Positions 37,929 to 52,062 of a stretch of 64,000 nucleotides of DNA are shown here, piece after piece. The notes beneath the pieces were generated by a model. That model was not told where the DNA came from and searched no databases. It worked only from the letters and a program-made list of their open reading frames with translations. The stretch covers positions 1,116,001-1,180,000 of the forward strand of contig NW_027271609.1 of assembly GCF_040938485.1 (NCBI RefSeq). The letters run 5' to 3'. The DNA comes from Diadema antillarum (lineage: Eukaryota). Numbering within the stretch: the stretch's first letter is position 1; the number at the start of each line of letters is the position of its first letter. The position numbers and the translations under genes are program-made.

Positions 37929-38287
37929 ATGCAGGTTCACACGCGCACCTAAACTTTAAGTTACAACTTATGAGCCAGCCCCACCCAATGATTACAATGA
38001 CCTTGTGCCCATACAAAATAGCGCAGCGAACGAGATGCAAGGTTCACGCTAACTCACAAGCTCATTGATTATTGTGTTCACTTGGAGCGAAACTACGAGT
38101 GGGGACCCCCCATTGCTCGTGGAGAGAGTGTATAAACCCCAAGATGTCTCGTGGTTCTAATCATCGACTAAACTTTAAGATTGCTAACTTTCGAGTGCGT
38201 CCACACAGTGCTTAACTACAAGCTAATCATCGAGAGTGAAGTTTTCGACCTAAACTTCAAGTTTAGAAAGAGCATGTGAACCTAACT
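37929..38287. mobile_element. Degenerate relative of the 15922 MITE
   Basis: AGGTTCACA..CTAAACTT TIR-like ends; shares CCACA..GTGCTTAACTACAAG and GGGACCCCC...GCTCGT with 16084-16125. Confidence 0.5.
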
Positions 38288-38713
38288 AATAATACAACCC
38301 TCAGGGTGCTATAAATGCACCTGTTCCATTGCTCACTGTTGGGCGAGTTAAATGAATGGGCACTTAAACAAATCCGATTTAGGTGAGTGGAAGATACTGT
38401 TGGTAATGTTCTACATTTTTCTTCAGGACTGAAAATGTTGGCTCATGGCTGCGCTTATCATTTTTCTCCTGTTTGAAACACATTTCACCACTATCAAAAC
38501 GACTTTGCAGAGGCCTTTTGGAACACATTTCTCGAGTAGCTGCATTTATCATCTCTGTTGCAAGCCGAAAGTAAAGCAGCTCCATTGAGCTGTTTGACCG
38601 AAGTGAGCAGAGGTCATGTAGTTGCCGTTAGTAGGTCCGAGCTGAAAAGGCATTTCTATACGACTTTGCGATCATTATCTCTATAGACACAAGTTTCTGG
38701 CTCAGATGCATTT

Positions 38714-39404
38714 GTGACCCTGCACCTCAAAACAAACAAAAAGTCACCAGACATGAATTTTTAGTTAAGACTATATTCTGAAAGAGCAGACTTTAAGCTT
38801 TAAAATGATGTATAACTCAAATCAAATGGACTCTCCTAACCTATCTAAATATTGGAAAGAAAGCACAAACTCAGGAAAAGTGTGAACTGAGAAAAGAGGC
38901 TCTAAAGTACAGTGTCTATTCAAGCGCTTAATCTTTACCAAACCGTGCTGGCTGTGTGATAAATGGGACAAAAAACAGGAAGTAAACCACCAGAGTAACA
39001 ACAATTAAGGGATTATCAGATTAAACTGAAATCAAGCATGCCTTATTACCACATTCTGTCCATAATTACTGCTAACTTTCAAAGGAGTAGCACTATCCTT
39101 TCAAAAGTTATTAGAGTTGAAAGTGAAGAATGTGGACAAGGTTTTTCAGAAATGAAAAAGGGATTCTAAAGACACATCTAATCACACTATATTCTACCAA
39201 AAATGTTAGAGATAAACTGCGAAGAGAACACACTTTCCTGCCCGTTTTATGATACCAAATTTTAGCATAATGTAAAAGAAGACCCGCTCTTTCAGAAAAT
39301 ATGAACAAGTCAAGTTCGGCTAGATTGACCCATTTCACTTATTTTCAGTCCTCACGCAAAATCAGTGTGTGCGACTTTACGTTCGTTTTGAGGTGTACGG
39401 TCAC
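38714..39404. mobile_element. Non-autonomous TIR element with a 4-bp ATTT TSD (Sola1-like)
   Basis: ATTT|GTGACCCTGCACCTCAAAAC...GTTTTGAGGTGTACGGTCAC|ATTT. AWWT TSDs are described for Sola1; the superfamily call is inferred from the TSD only. Confidence 0.6.
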
Positions 39405-41377
39405 ATTTGATCAAGATCATACTTTTTTCAGCATTTCAGGAGCATCTTTCTAACCCCATAATCAAAACAGCTTTGCATTTATCAAATGCCTAAATCTTCC
39501 TGAAATTCCTTTGGAAACCTTAATTCTATGCCAGTAGTGAGTTGATAGACACCCTATGACTGACACATATGACATTCTATCAAGTTTCCCTGGATACAAA
39601 ACGGAAAGACATCTACAACAACAAGGACCTGACTATTGATGAGACCACCAAGGACAAATAAAACTTCATGAATGATGAATAACCAACAACTTCGATTACA
39701 CAAAATCCTGGATCTTTAAGAATATTATAAATTGCAAATTGTATTACTGTATTTGGTAGACAACAGTCTATGAAAAAAAAAAACAACACTGAAAAAGAAT
39801 CAGTACTGTACATCTATTTCAAGCTCACAGAAACAAGCTAGCAGGCCCACATGATGTCTATCAGAAATGACAATTTGAAAATCAAACACCCTTAGGTGTA
39901 AACCTGAAGATTTTTCGCAGTGGTTACTTACACATGATGCTCCTGCCTGACAAAAAATGTGTTCCACAGTATTAAAAGACCAGGTAAATCTCAGTAAAAA
40001 AACACACAGCCGCAGTAAGGCAATCTACATAATACTCACAAGTGAAAAAACATATTCCTCTTAAAATCCACAGCTGCAGGACTAGTGCACACAATTCCAA
40101 AGGCTACATGTCAAATATGATTTTCCCCATATCTGTCTTCTCCCTTAAGTATGTGAAAAGTCACTGAGAAGCATTCACTCAATCATTTCTTCCCATACTA
40201 TATGCTGGAGAGCTAATTTTTTTTTCTCATCGAAAATGAACAAAATGATGGCATACCTATTGGCAAAATGACAAATTTACGTCAAAAGCTGCTCCTGTGG
40301 GAGTTTGGTTCCTTCTGACTCCTGACAACGAGGGCCCAACAATCTCAAAACATTCCACTGGCAAAGAAAAATAATATCGCACGACACACATCAAATGGCA
40401 TCAACTTGTCAAAGAAATGACTCCGATTGTGCCTTTGTCAATGATCCACAATGCCAGTCACTCAACCGTGTAATACTCACTGTATGAAAGAAATTTCATG
40501 CTCACAGCTCCTACGATCTGTGCTCTTTTCAGAATAGAAGTGGTGGCAAATCAAACTTTGTTTGTTTGCTTGTAACTTTTTTGGGGGGAATGGAAAAGAA
40601 GAAAGAAACAGGAGAGAAGAGCGATAATATGAAGAAGAGAGAGCAGTAGTTTGTTGACTTTCCAGAGTTCTTCCTGTGGGCCACACGCAGAGAGAGAATT
40701 GTGAGAAATGAGGGGAAACGTTGATTTGGCACAAAACTTGTTGCCGATGTGATCCTCGCTTTTCATTTTCAAACCCCAAACCCATTGCCCTCCTAAATCC
40801 CAGCCATGTGAAAAGCTCTCTTTATGACGAGCGCTCTTTGTACTCTGTTGAACAGTTCATATCTTCTCTGTAATGTTTTATCATCTTAGCTTCATTCATC
40901 AGAAACTGGATATTAGAAGGTTGTACTTTTTCTTTGATATTAATATATGAAGAGTTAAATTGCAAAGCAAGTTAACTCCATTCTTGTTGAACTGAAATTA
41001 TTTGTAATTAAAGCTGCTAAACACAAAAACAAAAATGAGCAGAAAATATGGGATATTCTTAATCATAACTTTAAAAAAGTCCTCGCTGTGTTACAAGGTA
41101 TCACTGGAAAGATTTTATTTTTGCTCTTTTGGATGATGGACTTACTTTAAGAGGTTTAGTAATGATGCTTGGTATCTTCTGCATATATATCTTCAGCACA
41201 GAAAAGAAAATTTTACCCTAAATGTATACTCTCATCAAGTTTGCAATGAATTTCCAAATTTAATTTCTTTCCAGCCAGATTACTTTCTTGGAAATGTGAG
41301 TAGCCCATTGCCACTTATACTAATAGCTATAAAGTATTACCATTTTGAATAATGCAGAAACACTCCTTCTGACGATT

Positions 41378-41408
<31 letters not shown>

Positions 41409-41681
41409 GTGTGTATTTGGGGGGGGGGTATACAAATCAGCTCTATTTGAACCTTCAAAACAAAAACATGACTAAATGTGTATTTCAACAATTCAGGATC
41501 TACCTTTTAAAGACTTTCTGTGCATTAGTGTGCTCTCATCAAAATCTGACATAATAATTATATTTCTGCACGCAGAAAAGAAAGAAATAGAGAAGAGAGA
41601 GAGAGAGAGAGAGTGAGAGGGAGAGAGGAGGAAAGGGAGAGGTATCAAAATCCACAGGAAGTTTCACTTTTTGAGAGTGGC

Positions 41682-41696
41682 GTTGCTAACGGCAAC
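41682..41696. promoter_or_regulatory. RFX X-box-like motif GTTGCTAACGGCAAC
   Basis: Consensus match with a 3-nt spacer, next to a GA repeat. Confidence 0.4.
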
Positions 41697-42043
41697 CCCC
41701 ACTCCTGATGAAGGATGCGCATTAGGTGAAATCTGGCTGAGATTTGGGGAGAAAGGCAAAGTGTCAGAATCTTTATGCAATCGTCCTTACGGAGGATAAT
41801 GGACACAATAAAACCAATCACAAAAAGACGAGACAAGAGTCTGGATAGTGAAAGGATGCTGTGATTTGCTTTTTTTTCTGAAAAATGTCATTTTTTTTGG
41901 TCCATGTTCAGCATGTCTTAATTAGTGTTCCTGCACAAAAGTATGTGTGAGTCTTTGACAGCGTCATCGTAATGAAAATTCCATCTTATTTCAGAAAGCC
42001 TTTTGTGTCAGTGAAACTACTAAAGGAGAGTTGATGCTAATCC

Positions 42044-42420
42044 TTAAAGGACTGGTACAGTTTTGGTTTAGATGGGGATTCAGGCTTTAACTGTTTTGGC
42101 AAGAAAATTAGAAACCATGTATATGATATACAAGAACACATAATGTTTTTCTGGAGGAATTAAAAGTTTATTTGATGAAGATCAGTTTTGAAATGGCTTA
42201 GATCTCCAAAAACAAAGTTGAAGATACCCTCATAAAAGGTGGGATAGGACCACTTTGTTTTGTCCAACCATTTTCAAAACCGATTTTTATCAAACTTTTG
42301 ATTCTTCTTAGGATCATTATGCTTTTTAATATTTCATATATGTGAATTCTAATTATTTTGCAAAAAAAAAAAAATAAAACCTGAATCCTAGTCTCAACCC
42401 AAACTATATCATCCCTTTAA
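42044..42420. mobile_element. Diverged T2/Kolobok-like MITE
   Basis: TTAAAGGACTGGTACAG...ATCATCCCTTTAA, with the same internal AAAGTTTATTTGATGAA / GGTTTTGAAATGGCT motifs. Confidence 0.75.
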
Positions 42421-44815
42421 AGCATTCAAGCTGAACTGACATCCCAAAGGACATGTGAGCCCCTTCTCAACAAGAACCCATTACTTTCACACTGAGCTGG
42501 CTGGGCTTCAAGTCAACTTGATATCAGCAAACTTTGATGATAGCAGAGCCCCAAGGGAGTTAAAAATCAAGTGAGGGACCTTGTAAACACTCTTTGTAGT
42601 TAGCTACAGTAACTTCTAGTTTGCATTGATAATCTTGTACGCTTGCAAGAAATTTAGTGGTATTGAAGTTGCGGATGATTCAATGAAACAAGTATTCCTA
42701 TCAGAGCATATATCTAGCATAATTATTATGGGTGCGCTACCACTGACGATGCAACTTTTGATCTCATTTTAATTAACATTATCTTCAAAATAAAATCTGC
42801 TATTAACTTGACAAAGCCCTTTTGGCAAAAATTCATTATAACAACGTCTTTCACGGAGTTTCCTTAATTACAACTGTTGTGAACGAATACGGTATATGCC
42901 CAATATTTCGTGAGGTATTTACTTTTGCGAATTTTGCGAGTCGGGTGCTATTTGTAAATTTAAAAGCATGCAAAAATAACAACTGTAACCCCGGCATAAT
43001 TGTGACATGCACCTATACATTTCTCTGTTCAGTACTGTACTCCACGTCAGTGGATTTAACCACTCGCGAAATCGTCGGAAAGTCCCGATTTGACAAAAAA
43101 AAAAATTAGACTCGGTAATTATATAAACAATGTATATAGAGAGACAGACACAGGGAAATGACTCAAACACAAAAAAACAGATGGGGAGACTAAGAAGGTC
43201 TAAGTCTTTATTTCATTTTGCAAGTCTGTTTTATATGCCACAGAACAAAATTTTCAAGAAAGAGCTGATTACTATCTGGTAGTAGCTGAATGTGAGGCTA
43301 ACCTGTCAACAAGTATAATGAACTTTCAGGAATGAATGGAAGGTTAAATTAGCATGTGTGAGGTCATGTCCAGTAGAATGATATTCCACATTTCCTTTCC
43401 ATAGCGCCGCAACATCAGCTAAATTTGCTAACATTGACAAAAATAATCAGCTGGAGGGGAAATGAAATGACATCGACAGACTTCATCAAAAACTCATTAC
43501 ACTCAATTAGCAGCAAACAGCTAAACTGCACATGACAGGAATTATGAGATATATCAACATGTTGTGAGCCACTTCAAAGTGATGAAACCTGGAGATTCTG
43601 AATCAATTTTACTCTGTGTTTACAGAACTTTTTCATAAACATATTTAGAAGCATCATTCACTTGTCTCTGACTAAGATATTTTTCCAAGTGGGAAAGGAG
43701 ATGTGAATCATTTTTACCAAATATTGGGCTTTATTCATTCATTTATTTTAGTTGTCAATTTCTGTTCCATTCTTTGAGCATGTTGGTAGTTTAAGGTGCA
43801 AGTTTGTGTTTTTCATGTTCAAAGAAACTTGATGTCTTATCAATAAGAAGCAAAAAAATCATTACTTGACGGTAAAAAATGTGGGAACTGATGATATGCC
43901 CTTCTGCTTCTAACATTTTGCGAGGGGCCACCACTGGGAGAGCAGTTGATTTTGGCTATTCTGTTTTGTTTTCATTTCTCAAAGAGAGTGAGAGAATATG
44001 GAACGCTCTTCAGACCATGATATTGGGGCCAGTCTTCAGACCGTGATATCTGGGCCACGTTGCGGAGCCGTGCGTGGGGGGCAAGCGGAAAAGCATGGCG
44101 AAGGAAGTAGGGGCTCGGGTTCCTGCGATCCAAACAGGAAGTCAAAAGACAGACGAATGTGACAGACCTCTTGAAGAGCTCCATCGCTTGGTAGGATGGT
44201 CTGCTCTATCACACACGCAAACATTGATATATTAAAGGACAAGTTTACCTTAATATACATGTGGATTGAATGAATGCAGTAATATCAATAGTACACATTA
44301 GTGAAAGTTTGAGGAAAATTGGGCAATCCATTCAGAAGTTATGAGTTTTTAAAAGTTTCTGCTGAGACACTGCTGGATGAGAAGACTACTACAGGTCATG
44401 TGATGTCACATGTGTAGAATGATTAATGTAAAATGTAAAAAGATGTTGAGATGTTGTGATGATACAGAAGATGTTAAAGATGTTGTGGTCTTACAAGTCT
44501 GGTATATAGCATTTTCACTATCTTCTTTCTTCTCTTTAACATGACTTCAAGAAGAAATTCAACATAGATCTGCAGTGGTAGAAATAAGCGATTCTAATTT
44601 TGAAAGAGAAGGATCGGGGCCTTAGTTAGTGAAGTCCTGACCCCCCCCCCCCCCCCAAGATAAAAGGATGTTTTCAGGTTAAAAGATTTCCACCCCTTCA
44701 CAAAAATGGGGGTTGGGAGGGGGGGGGGGGGAGGTAAAAAGAAACTCATAATTATTGTCTTTCCTTTTCCTCTCAAAGAGAAAATCAACTCTCTCTGTAT
44801 TCTTTGTCATCAGGA

Positions 44816-44948
44816 NNNNNNNNNNNNNNNNNNNNNNNNNNNNNNNNNNNNNNNNNNNNNNNNNNNNNNNNNNNNNNNNNNNNNNNNNNNNNNNNNNNNN
44901 NNNNNNNNNNNNNNNNNNNNNNNNNNNNNNNNNNNNNNNNNNNNNNNN
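44816..44948. other. Assembly gap (133 N)
   Basis: Run of n. Confidence 1.
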
Positions 44949-45138
44949 CTTTTTCTTTAACTGCACAAAAAACAACACCAACAATGATATATCAAGCACT
45001 TCTACAAAATACCTCCACCTATGTGCAAATTATGCAACATCATAACAGAACAGAATGTAACAAACCACTCGTGCATTCCAAAACATAAAACTGAAAAAAC
45101 AAATAACAACAATAGAGGTATAAGTATCAAAAACTTAC

Positions 45139-45217
45139 CTTTGGATGAACCTTTCATTACATCATTCCAGCTTCTGCATCAAATGCTGACCATCGTCTGG
45201 AGCACTTAAAGCTTGAC
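45139..45217 (-). other. Candidate 79-nt exon (UTR or start exon)
   Basis: catcttctatag| acceptor and AAG|GTAAGT donor; stops in all three frames; ends ATG AAA GGT TCA TCC AAA G. Confidence 0.3.
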
Positions 45218-47030
45218 CTATAGAAGATGGGATGAGGGTGAAGAGAAAATAAAAAACTGACTCCACCATGAAATCAATGTTTTGCTTCATTTGGTTAGAC
45301 AAAATAACTAAATTTTTCAATCAATGCAAGTCTACCGACACAGGAATGATGTGATGCCAAATATAAGCTAATTCTTGATTGTAATTCTAAAGCACTCATA
45401 AACATGTCTTTAATAGATAGAAAAGTAATGAAAGCAGCAACATTCTTTTCATAAGTTTTTTTTTCTTTCAATTTAGAGTAAAAATTGACAAAAGAATGAT
45501 TGAATGAACAAGCAAGACTTACAATAGAAAGCAAAAGTAACGAATGCAGCGACATACTAAGCCTATGATCTTACTTGTGATTTACGAATACCACCTACAT
45601 GTACCTAAAACATGTACTGACATGGCCTCTCTCATTGATCATGACAAGCAGGTGTGTTGTGTGATAACTTTATGCAGACATCCCAAATCTTACGGCCCAG
45701 TTACACTACCGTGTACAGGGCTACTGTGTGTACAATGTTTTGGGTCATTTAGGGTATACATTAGTGCCTTTAAGGAGTCATTCGTTTGTGACATGTTTGA
45801 CATGTATACATTGTACTCAAAGGCAGTTTGTTGAGGTTTACAGAAGTATGTTGGGGCCCTCCAAATTTTGAGTGTGCAACAATGCACTGATCAATGTATG
45901 TTGACCATTCACTGTAAGAATGAGATTTTACACATTAGGAGTAGGGTTACTCTTCTTTATTACTATGGTGATAGTTATGTGATAAGCAATCATTTATGAT
46001 ATATTGAGCTTTTGTTCTTTACATCTGGACTTCATTAAAAAGAGAATTTTGGCTAGGAATATGAGAATATCAGATCTGTTCCCTGCATCTCCAAACCACA
46101 TCCCAGAAATACATCCCAAAACTAAATACAAAATTTATTTGGGAAAAGTTGTTGGAGCTGATTGCTTATACACCATCTGCTGAGATACTGTACTAAACAT
46201 AATCTTGAGCAGACTTTGGAGAAAAAAAATAGAAGGCTGATAAAAAAACACAGATGAACTGATCTACTTTGGTGAGCGCTGCATGAGAATGTTTTCCACA
46301 GGAACTGTCACCTCAAGCTTTGACAAGCCCTCTTCATCTAATGAGGCAATATGCCTAATGTGTCTCTATCTTTTGAAGAAAGGAGAGGAAAAAAAAATGT
46401 TACAAGGACGTGATTTGATTGAATTGCCAGATCTGACACATACGCGGCAACATTAAAATCGTGCGGGGAGAGAGGAGAGGTGATTGGTCGCAAAATGAAA
46501 CATAGCGCTGGAGAAAGAGATGTGGAATGTATTTCAATAACGGAGATAATGATCCCATTGGTGTGAGTGGAGAGACCTCCTGATCACCGTAATCAGCTCC
46601 TGATTACCCCAACGCTCCACTTACAACTTCACTTTCAATTCCATCAAAATCTCAGATTTTCAAAGGAGAATGTTGGGGGGGGGGGGGAGCGGGAGGGGCT
46701 GATGGTCGAGGTTGAAATTGCTGGTCGATCTTAAAGATAGATATCAGGTGCCACGTCACTGTGTGTAATGTGGAGACAAATTCAATTATTGGCGCAAGTA
46801 GACGGCGGTGGCATATGGCGGGAGTTGAGTCACGAATTATGATTTAACTTTGCTTCTTTTGAGTCCTCGGGTAGAGGCAACAAGGTCAGGGATCGAGGTG
46901 CTAATGAGGTAAAGCACGTTCCAAGTCTGTTTCTCTTGCAAGTATTCATTACTGGCATAAATTTGCTGCAAACCTGGTCTTTTATGGGGATTGACACACT
47001 TTTATAGATGTCCTTTTGCACAGCAACACT

Positions 47031-47044
47031 GTTGTCATGGAAAC
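47031..47044. promoter_or_regulatory. RFX X-box-like motif GTTGTCATGGAAAC
   Basis: Near match to GTTGCCATGGCAAC. Confidence 0.4.
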
Positions 47045-50000
47045 ATGCACATTAGTCTTCTCTGGACAACAACTTAGACCTAATGTCTTCCCTATCTCTC
47101 CAAGAAAATCTTACATCTTGAATTTACTATCATTACTGTTGTAAGGTTTTAAAAGCATCAATCTCTTGCGAATGTGGAATATTGCACATTGTGATAATCA
47201 CTGCAAATTTCACTCTGAAACAACTACTGCAAAACTGATAACACAGCTCTAGATATTTTTGAAAAATATTAAAATGACAAATTGAATCTATGTTCCATTA
47301 CAATTTCATTTCATCCATGAAATATAATGAGATGGAAAAGGAAAATACTGTATAAAATTTCCATTTTCACAGTATTTATCACCAAAGATGTCTTAGTGAC
47401 AAATCATATCACAACATACTCTCAGTTGACAAAAATAAAGCAAAATTCCATCATGTTATCACACCTTTAACTGAAAATTAAGATTGTGCTCAGACCTAAA
47501 ATACATGTATATATCACAAGAAATAATGAACTGACTGACAGTTAAGTTGGTAACTTCTATGTATAACTGAACCACATATGAACTTCCACCTCGACTCGAT
47601 GATTCATATGAATTTCATACCCTTGATGAAAGACTATTGCGGGAACAGTTTTCTAACAGACTTCCATTACAAGCCGTCTGAGACTGACAAGGCACAAATT
47701 TCTTCTTTTTCTTATCTCTTAATTTCTCGCCCCACAAGACCAGTGGGCAACCCTAAGTTTTCTCGCAAATTCAGAATTTAATCAAGACCGTAATCAACGT
47801 CTGGTAGAGCAGACAGTTTTCAATGAATCATTCTTTTCCTTGCTATTACATAGCACACTATGGGGTTTTGGTAATCCTCCCCCCCCCCAAAAAAAAAAAA
47901 AAAATCAAACTGAATGACCAAGGATTTTGTTTGAGAATTGTACTCTTGCTAATTCTATCACCTCTCAAATCTAGTCAGCTTTGCCATTAAATGCAGGCTC
48001 TTTTTTATTTTCCTTGTCTGCCACCCTTAACAAAAAATAGGTCATGGTGGTGATAAATTGAATTAATCCCGTACCCCCTCCAACCTTGCGATGCAATATA
48101 TTAAGTCTCTGAATGTCATCATTTTTCTACTTTCTACACTGGTCATTATTTGTTTTATGTTTAACTACATCTGTGTAAAGTATGAATGAATATTTGCACA
48201 TTCATTTCAATTGATGGAAAGATAGATGAATAGATAGACTGATAGATCATAGATATAGAAAATTAACGATATTCCCAAGTGTTAATTCCTAAATTATAGA
48301 AAAAAAAAACTGTAACACAATCGACTATTTCACAATTTTCGATGGTGTTATACTCCAGAATGTATTATGAACACATTTCTAGCATTTTCAAGGCTTGTAT
48401 AAACACTGTCATCAGATGAATGTCACTTTATCAGTGTAAGATTTTAAGATTTTATCTAACTCTATTGACCCCTGATAGGGAGCACGAGTCTCAAGAAGAA
48501 CATATGAATAAATGAACAAAAATGAAAATATTTACAATAATGAATATGTGTATAAAAATGAACATTCACATGGGTTGGTGTGTGTTTCAGAATATTATTG
48601 GTACATATTTGCTCATGCAATATAAATTGTGGAAAAATTAGGATTTTCTGTGTCATTTTTTATTCTTGTATTTTTCCTTAAACACTTCATTTGAGCACGT
48701 CAAGAACATTGCTGTTTAGCTCTCACACCCTGTTGACCTTCTACCAATGTGGTAGGTACCCCTTGGTAAACCCCAAATCAATTTCCCCACTGGTAATACA
48801 CTGTTCTTATCCCACTGATTGCTTGTCATATCAAATATGACAGCACTTTGCTAGTCTACCTTCAAGACTCTTGGTGATAGTGTGGGCACAATTTCCTTTT
48901 ATTAAATGTCTGGTGGAATGGAGAGTCAATTTCTGTCTTTTTTATTTATTTATTTATTTTTTTCATTTTGGCACCCTCCCCTGCTGAATCTTTTGCATTC
49001 TCATCACCTGCCAAATACAAATACAAAATCATAATCTTTTTTTGTTGTCAATAGCAAATGCAAGGCTGCTAATCTCCGCAGTTCATATCAAAAATATATT
49101 TCAAATGTATGTATGCATGCATGATGAACAACACAATTTAGATACATTTGAGGGTAGATATCATATCTCTGTTCAAAAAAAAAAAAAAAAATGGAACCAT
49201 GCACACATAAACATGCCAAACCAAATTTCAAAAAAAAAAAATTGTAACTTCAAAAATGAATTTCCTTATTGTTGAGGGGGAATAGCATTGAATAGAATTA
49301 AATTCTATTGAATAGAGATTACCTAATTCCCTTAATCCTATCATGTCCCCATGGCATTCAATTTGGACTGAAGTTAATTGCTACACCTGAGTGAGCTTAC
49401 TAACTTTCCAACCAGGTTGATTTTGGATGGACTGCTGAATGCTGATGAAAAAGTCAGACAGATTCAAAAGCTACATATAAGTATATGTGAGGATTTTCTT
49501 GTTTTTCCTCTCAATATTGCCTATTTAGTTGTTTTTTTTTATTGCTTGACAGAAATGCAATGCACGTAAAATCAATTGTTCTTATACAAACTGTTATGGG
49601 ATAATGTCACAATAATTCTTCTATTGGAATTCGCAAAAACATTACGCAGTTTTTGAGTGAAAGTCTGCAGGGAAAGAAAAAATAAAAGAAACAACAAGGC
49701 TTCTATTGAGAGTTTGTATCAAGTAGAAGTTGATTTGCATGGAAATCAAACATAAACACATCCAAAGTACACACCTGCCAAGTGTACGACAGGCCTATCT
49801 GATTTCTGTGTTTAACCCTCACTGGACAGTATGCTAAGAATGTCACTGACATTGTGTACAAACCCAGTTGCCACTGGAACAGGGAGAGAAGTTTAAAACA
49901 GGTAATGCTTTATGGCATGCCCACTTTAGGTCTGATTCCACCAGGCTTTTTTCCAGCACTACACACTTTTCAAGTACAGAGGGCGCTATTCCAATATCTG

Positions 50001-50726
50001 CACCTCATCCTTCCACGCAGACCTGGGGATATCCCAATCAAGGATACTCCTCACCTGAACTAGACTGAGCTTCTTGAATTTCTACTCATAAAATGCACTA
50101 ACTAAAATCTTTAGATTTCAGAAAGTTCAAGCACTGCATCACTTCAGCCATAAGTACACTCTAATTTCAACTGTTTGTAACAAATAACCAAGAAGGGAGG
50201 ATATGTGATGCCTCCTTGCCAGAATGTTGACATTGCTTTGGGGATTTTGTGCATTCATTAAAAGGAAATTATGAGTTAGATGTGTGGCGCCATCTCTTGG
50301 CAAATGTCAGCACAATGTTTATTCTGATTTTTTCCCCCCTCATTTAATCTCAAAGTTGTGGCCATCTTATTCTAAACAAATACTCCACAAAAGAAAACAA
50401 GAAAAGAAAAGGAGAGAGGTTTGTCAGATGTAAAGTATATTTCTATGATGTTAATAGTGTTATGTCACAAAGAGTATTACATCAAATTCATAATCTGATT
50501 AGCATTATTCTACCACAAGTTGTAAATTGACCAAAAGATTTATTCCCTTACAAAAGGCTGATGAAGAAGGGAGGTAATATTCAAATGATAACCTGTCTGG
50601 TGTTTTCTTTCTTTTTTTAAGTACAATTCCATGCCATGTTCAAGTTGGCCTTAGCAGAGCAAATCAACCAACCAGAATGTGTGAAGTTTCATCAAAATCT
50701 GACCTTCACTAAATTTCTCATAATTT

Positions 50727-50973
50727 GAAGAGTTTGTTCGCAAAAACCAATAAGTCCATATTTTCCAAATGGAGAAATTTGCGATTAAAGATCAAGAAAA
50801 ATAATGAGAATAATAAGAAAAATTTTGCTTCTTTTGACCATAACTTCAAAAATGTACCTTTATTTGTAGTGACCAATATAGCATTTAAAAGGTATTATTT
50901 TGTATTTTATGTCAGAGACTGTACTTCAAAATCTTCGAAAATGGACTTATCGGTTTTTGCGAACGAACACTTT
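50727..50973 (+). mobile_element. About 245-bp TIR element with an ATTT TSD (Sola1-like), family D copy 1
   Basis: ATTT|GAAGAGTTTGTTCGCAAAAACC...GGTTTTTGCGAACGAACACTTT|ATTT. Confidence 0.7.
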
Positions 50974-51602
50974 ATTTCAAGATAGTATTTTGTCCTGAAA
51001 TTTGGAGCAACCACATCCCCTTATGAGGGGACATGATGATATCACCTGACCTATGACCACTTGCACGTACGTCACAACTCCACTGAATTTTACTTTTTGA
51101 TGTGAAATCCACATGGATTGGTTGTATTCACATATAATTATAGTAGTCATGTAATTAAGTTGCTGTGACAACTGTGAGAGGGTAAGAGGCTGTAGCTATT
51201 TAACATCATTGAACAAAAATGTTTCTGTTTGTGCACAACGCAATGGGGAGCTGAGAGGCGATGACAACACAGCTCTGCTAATTTCCATATTAAAGGTGCA
51301 TGGTCCCGGTCTTTTTTAATAGTCAAATGCGTACGCGGGCGCACGGCCCAAGTTTCCTATAGAGACCTACATGTACTCTATCGACTCCTCTTTAGCGCTT
51401 ACGCTTTGGCCCACTTCTCCGAGTCCGAAGAAGTCCGATTCACTTTAGTCAGTGGTCCAATCACAGTTCGGCTCATGATTTGGCTGAGGGGGATGACAGC
51501 TTTAGCAAACTTCTTTTGTGATGTCATAATAACAAGCACATATGCACGCACCCTGGCATTACTACAGACTGCGCGATGTGCAGAGAAGACAACGAAGGCA
51601 AC

Positions 51603-51615
51603 GTTACTTAGCAAC
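51603..51615. promoter_or_regulatory. RFX X-box-like motif GTTACTTAGCAAC in a CpG-richer patch
   Basis: Consensus match about 200 bp upstream (minus strand) of a GC|GTAAG donor at about 51402. Confidence 0.45.
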
Positions 51616-51768
51616 ACCTACGCACTTTACTCTTGATGACAGTTCAACTTCGGTAATCTTCGTATCAATGCTAACGGTGATTGGCAGTATCATCAACAGC
51701 GCCCTCTACACTACTGGGACTATGCCCCTTTAAATGCTTGCAACAAAATTGCTTTTCAAGGAAAATAT

Positions 51769-52010
51769 GAAGAGTTTGTTTGCAAAAACCGATAATTCCA
51801 TATTTGCCATATAGGGATATTTGCAATTAAAGATCAAGAAAAATAAAGAGAATGATAAGAAAATTTTTGCTTCTTTTGACCATAACTTCAAAAATGTACC
51901 TTTATATGTAGTGACCAATATATCATTTAAAAGGTATTATTTTGTACTTTATGACAGGGACCGTACTTCAAAATCTTCAAAAATGGACTATCAGTTTTAA
52001 CAAACTCTTC
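51769..52010 (+). mobile_element. Family D copy 2, in direct orientation to copy 1
   Basis: ATAT|GAAGAGTTTGTTTGC...ACAAACTCTTC|ATAA; collinear with 50727-50973. Confidence 0.7.
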
Positions 52011-52062
52011 ATAATGTAGAGTTTAAAATATAATTGTGATACCAGTACTGTACTATGCTTAA

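Noticed and set aside
44679-45088. ORFs spanning the N run
   Set aside because: Artefacts of the assembly gap.
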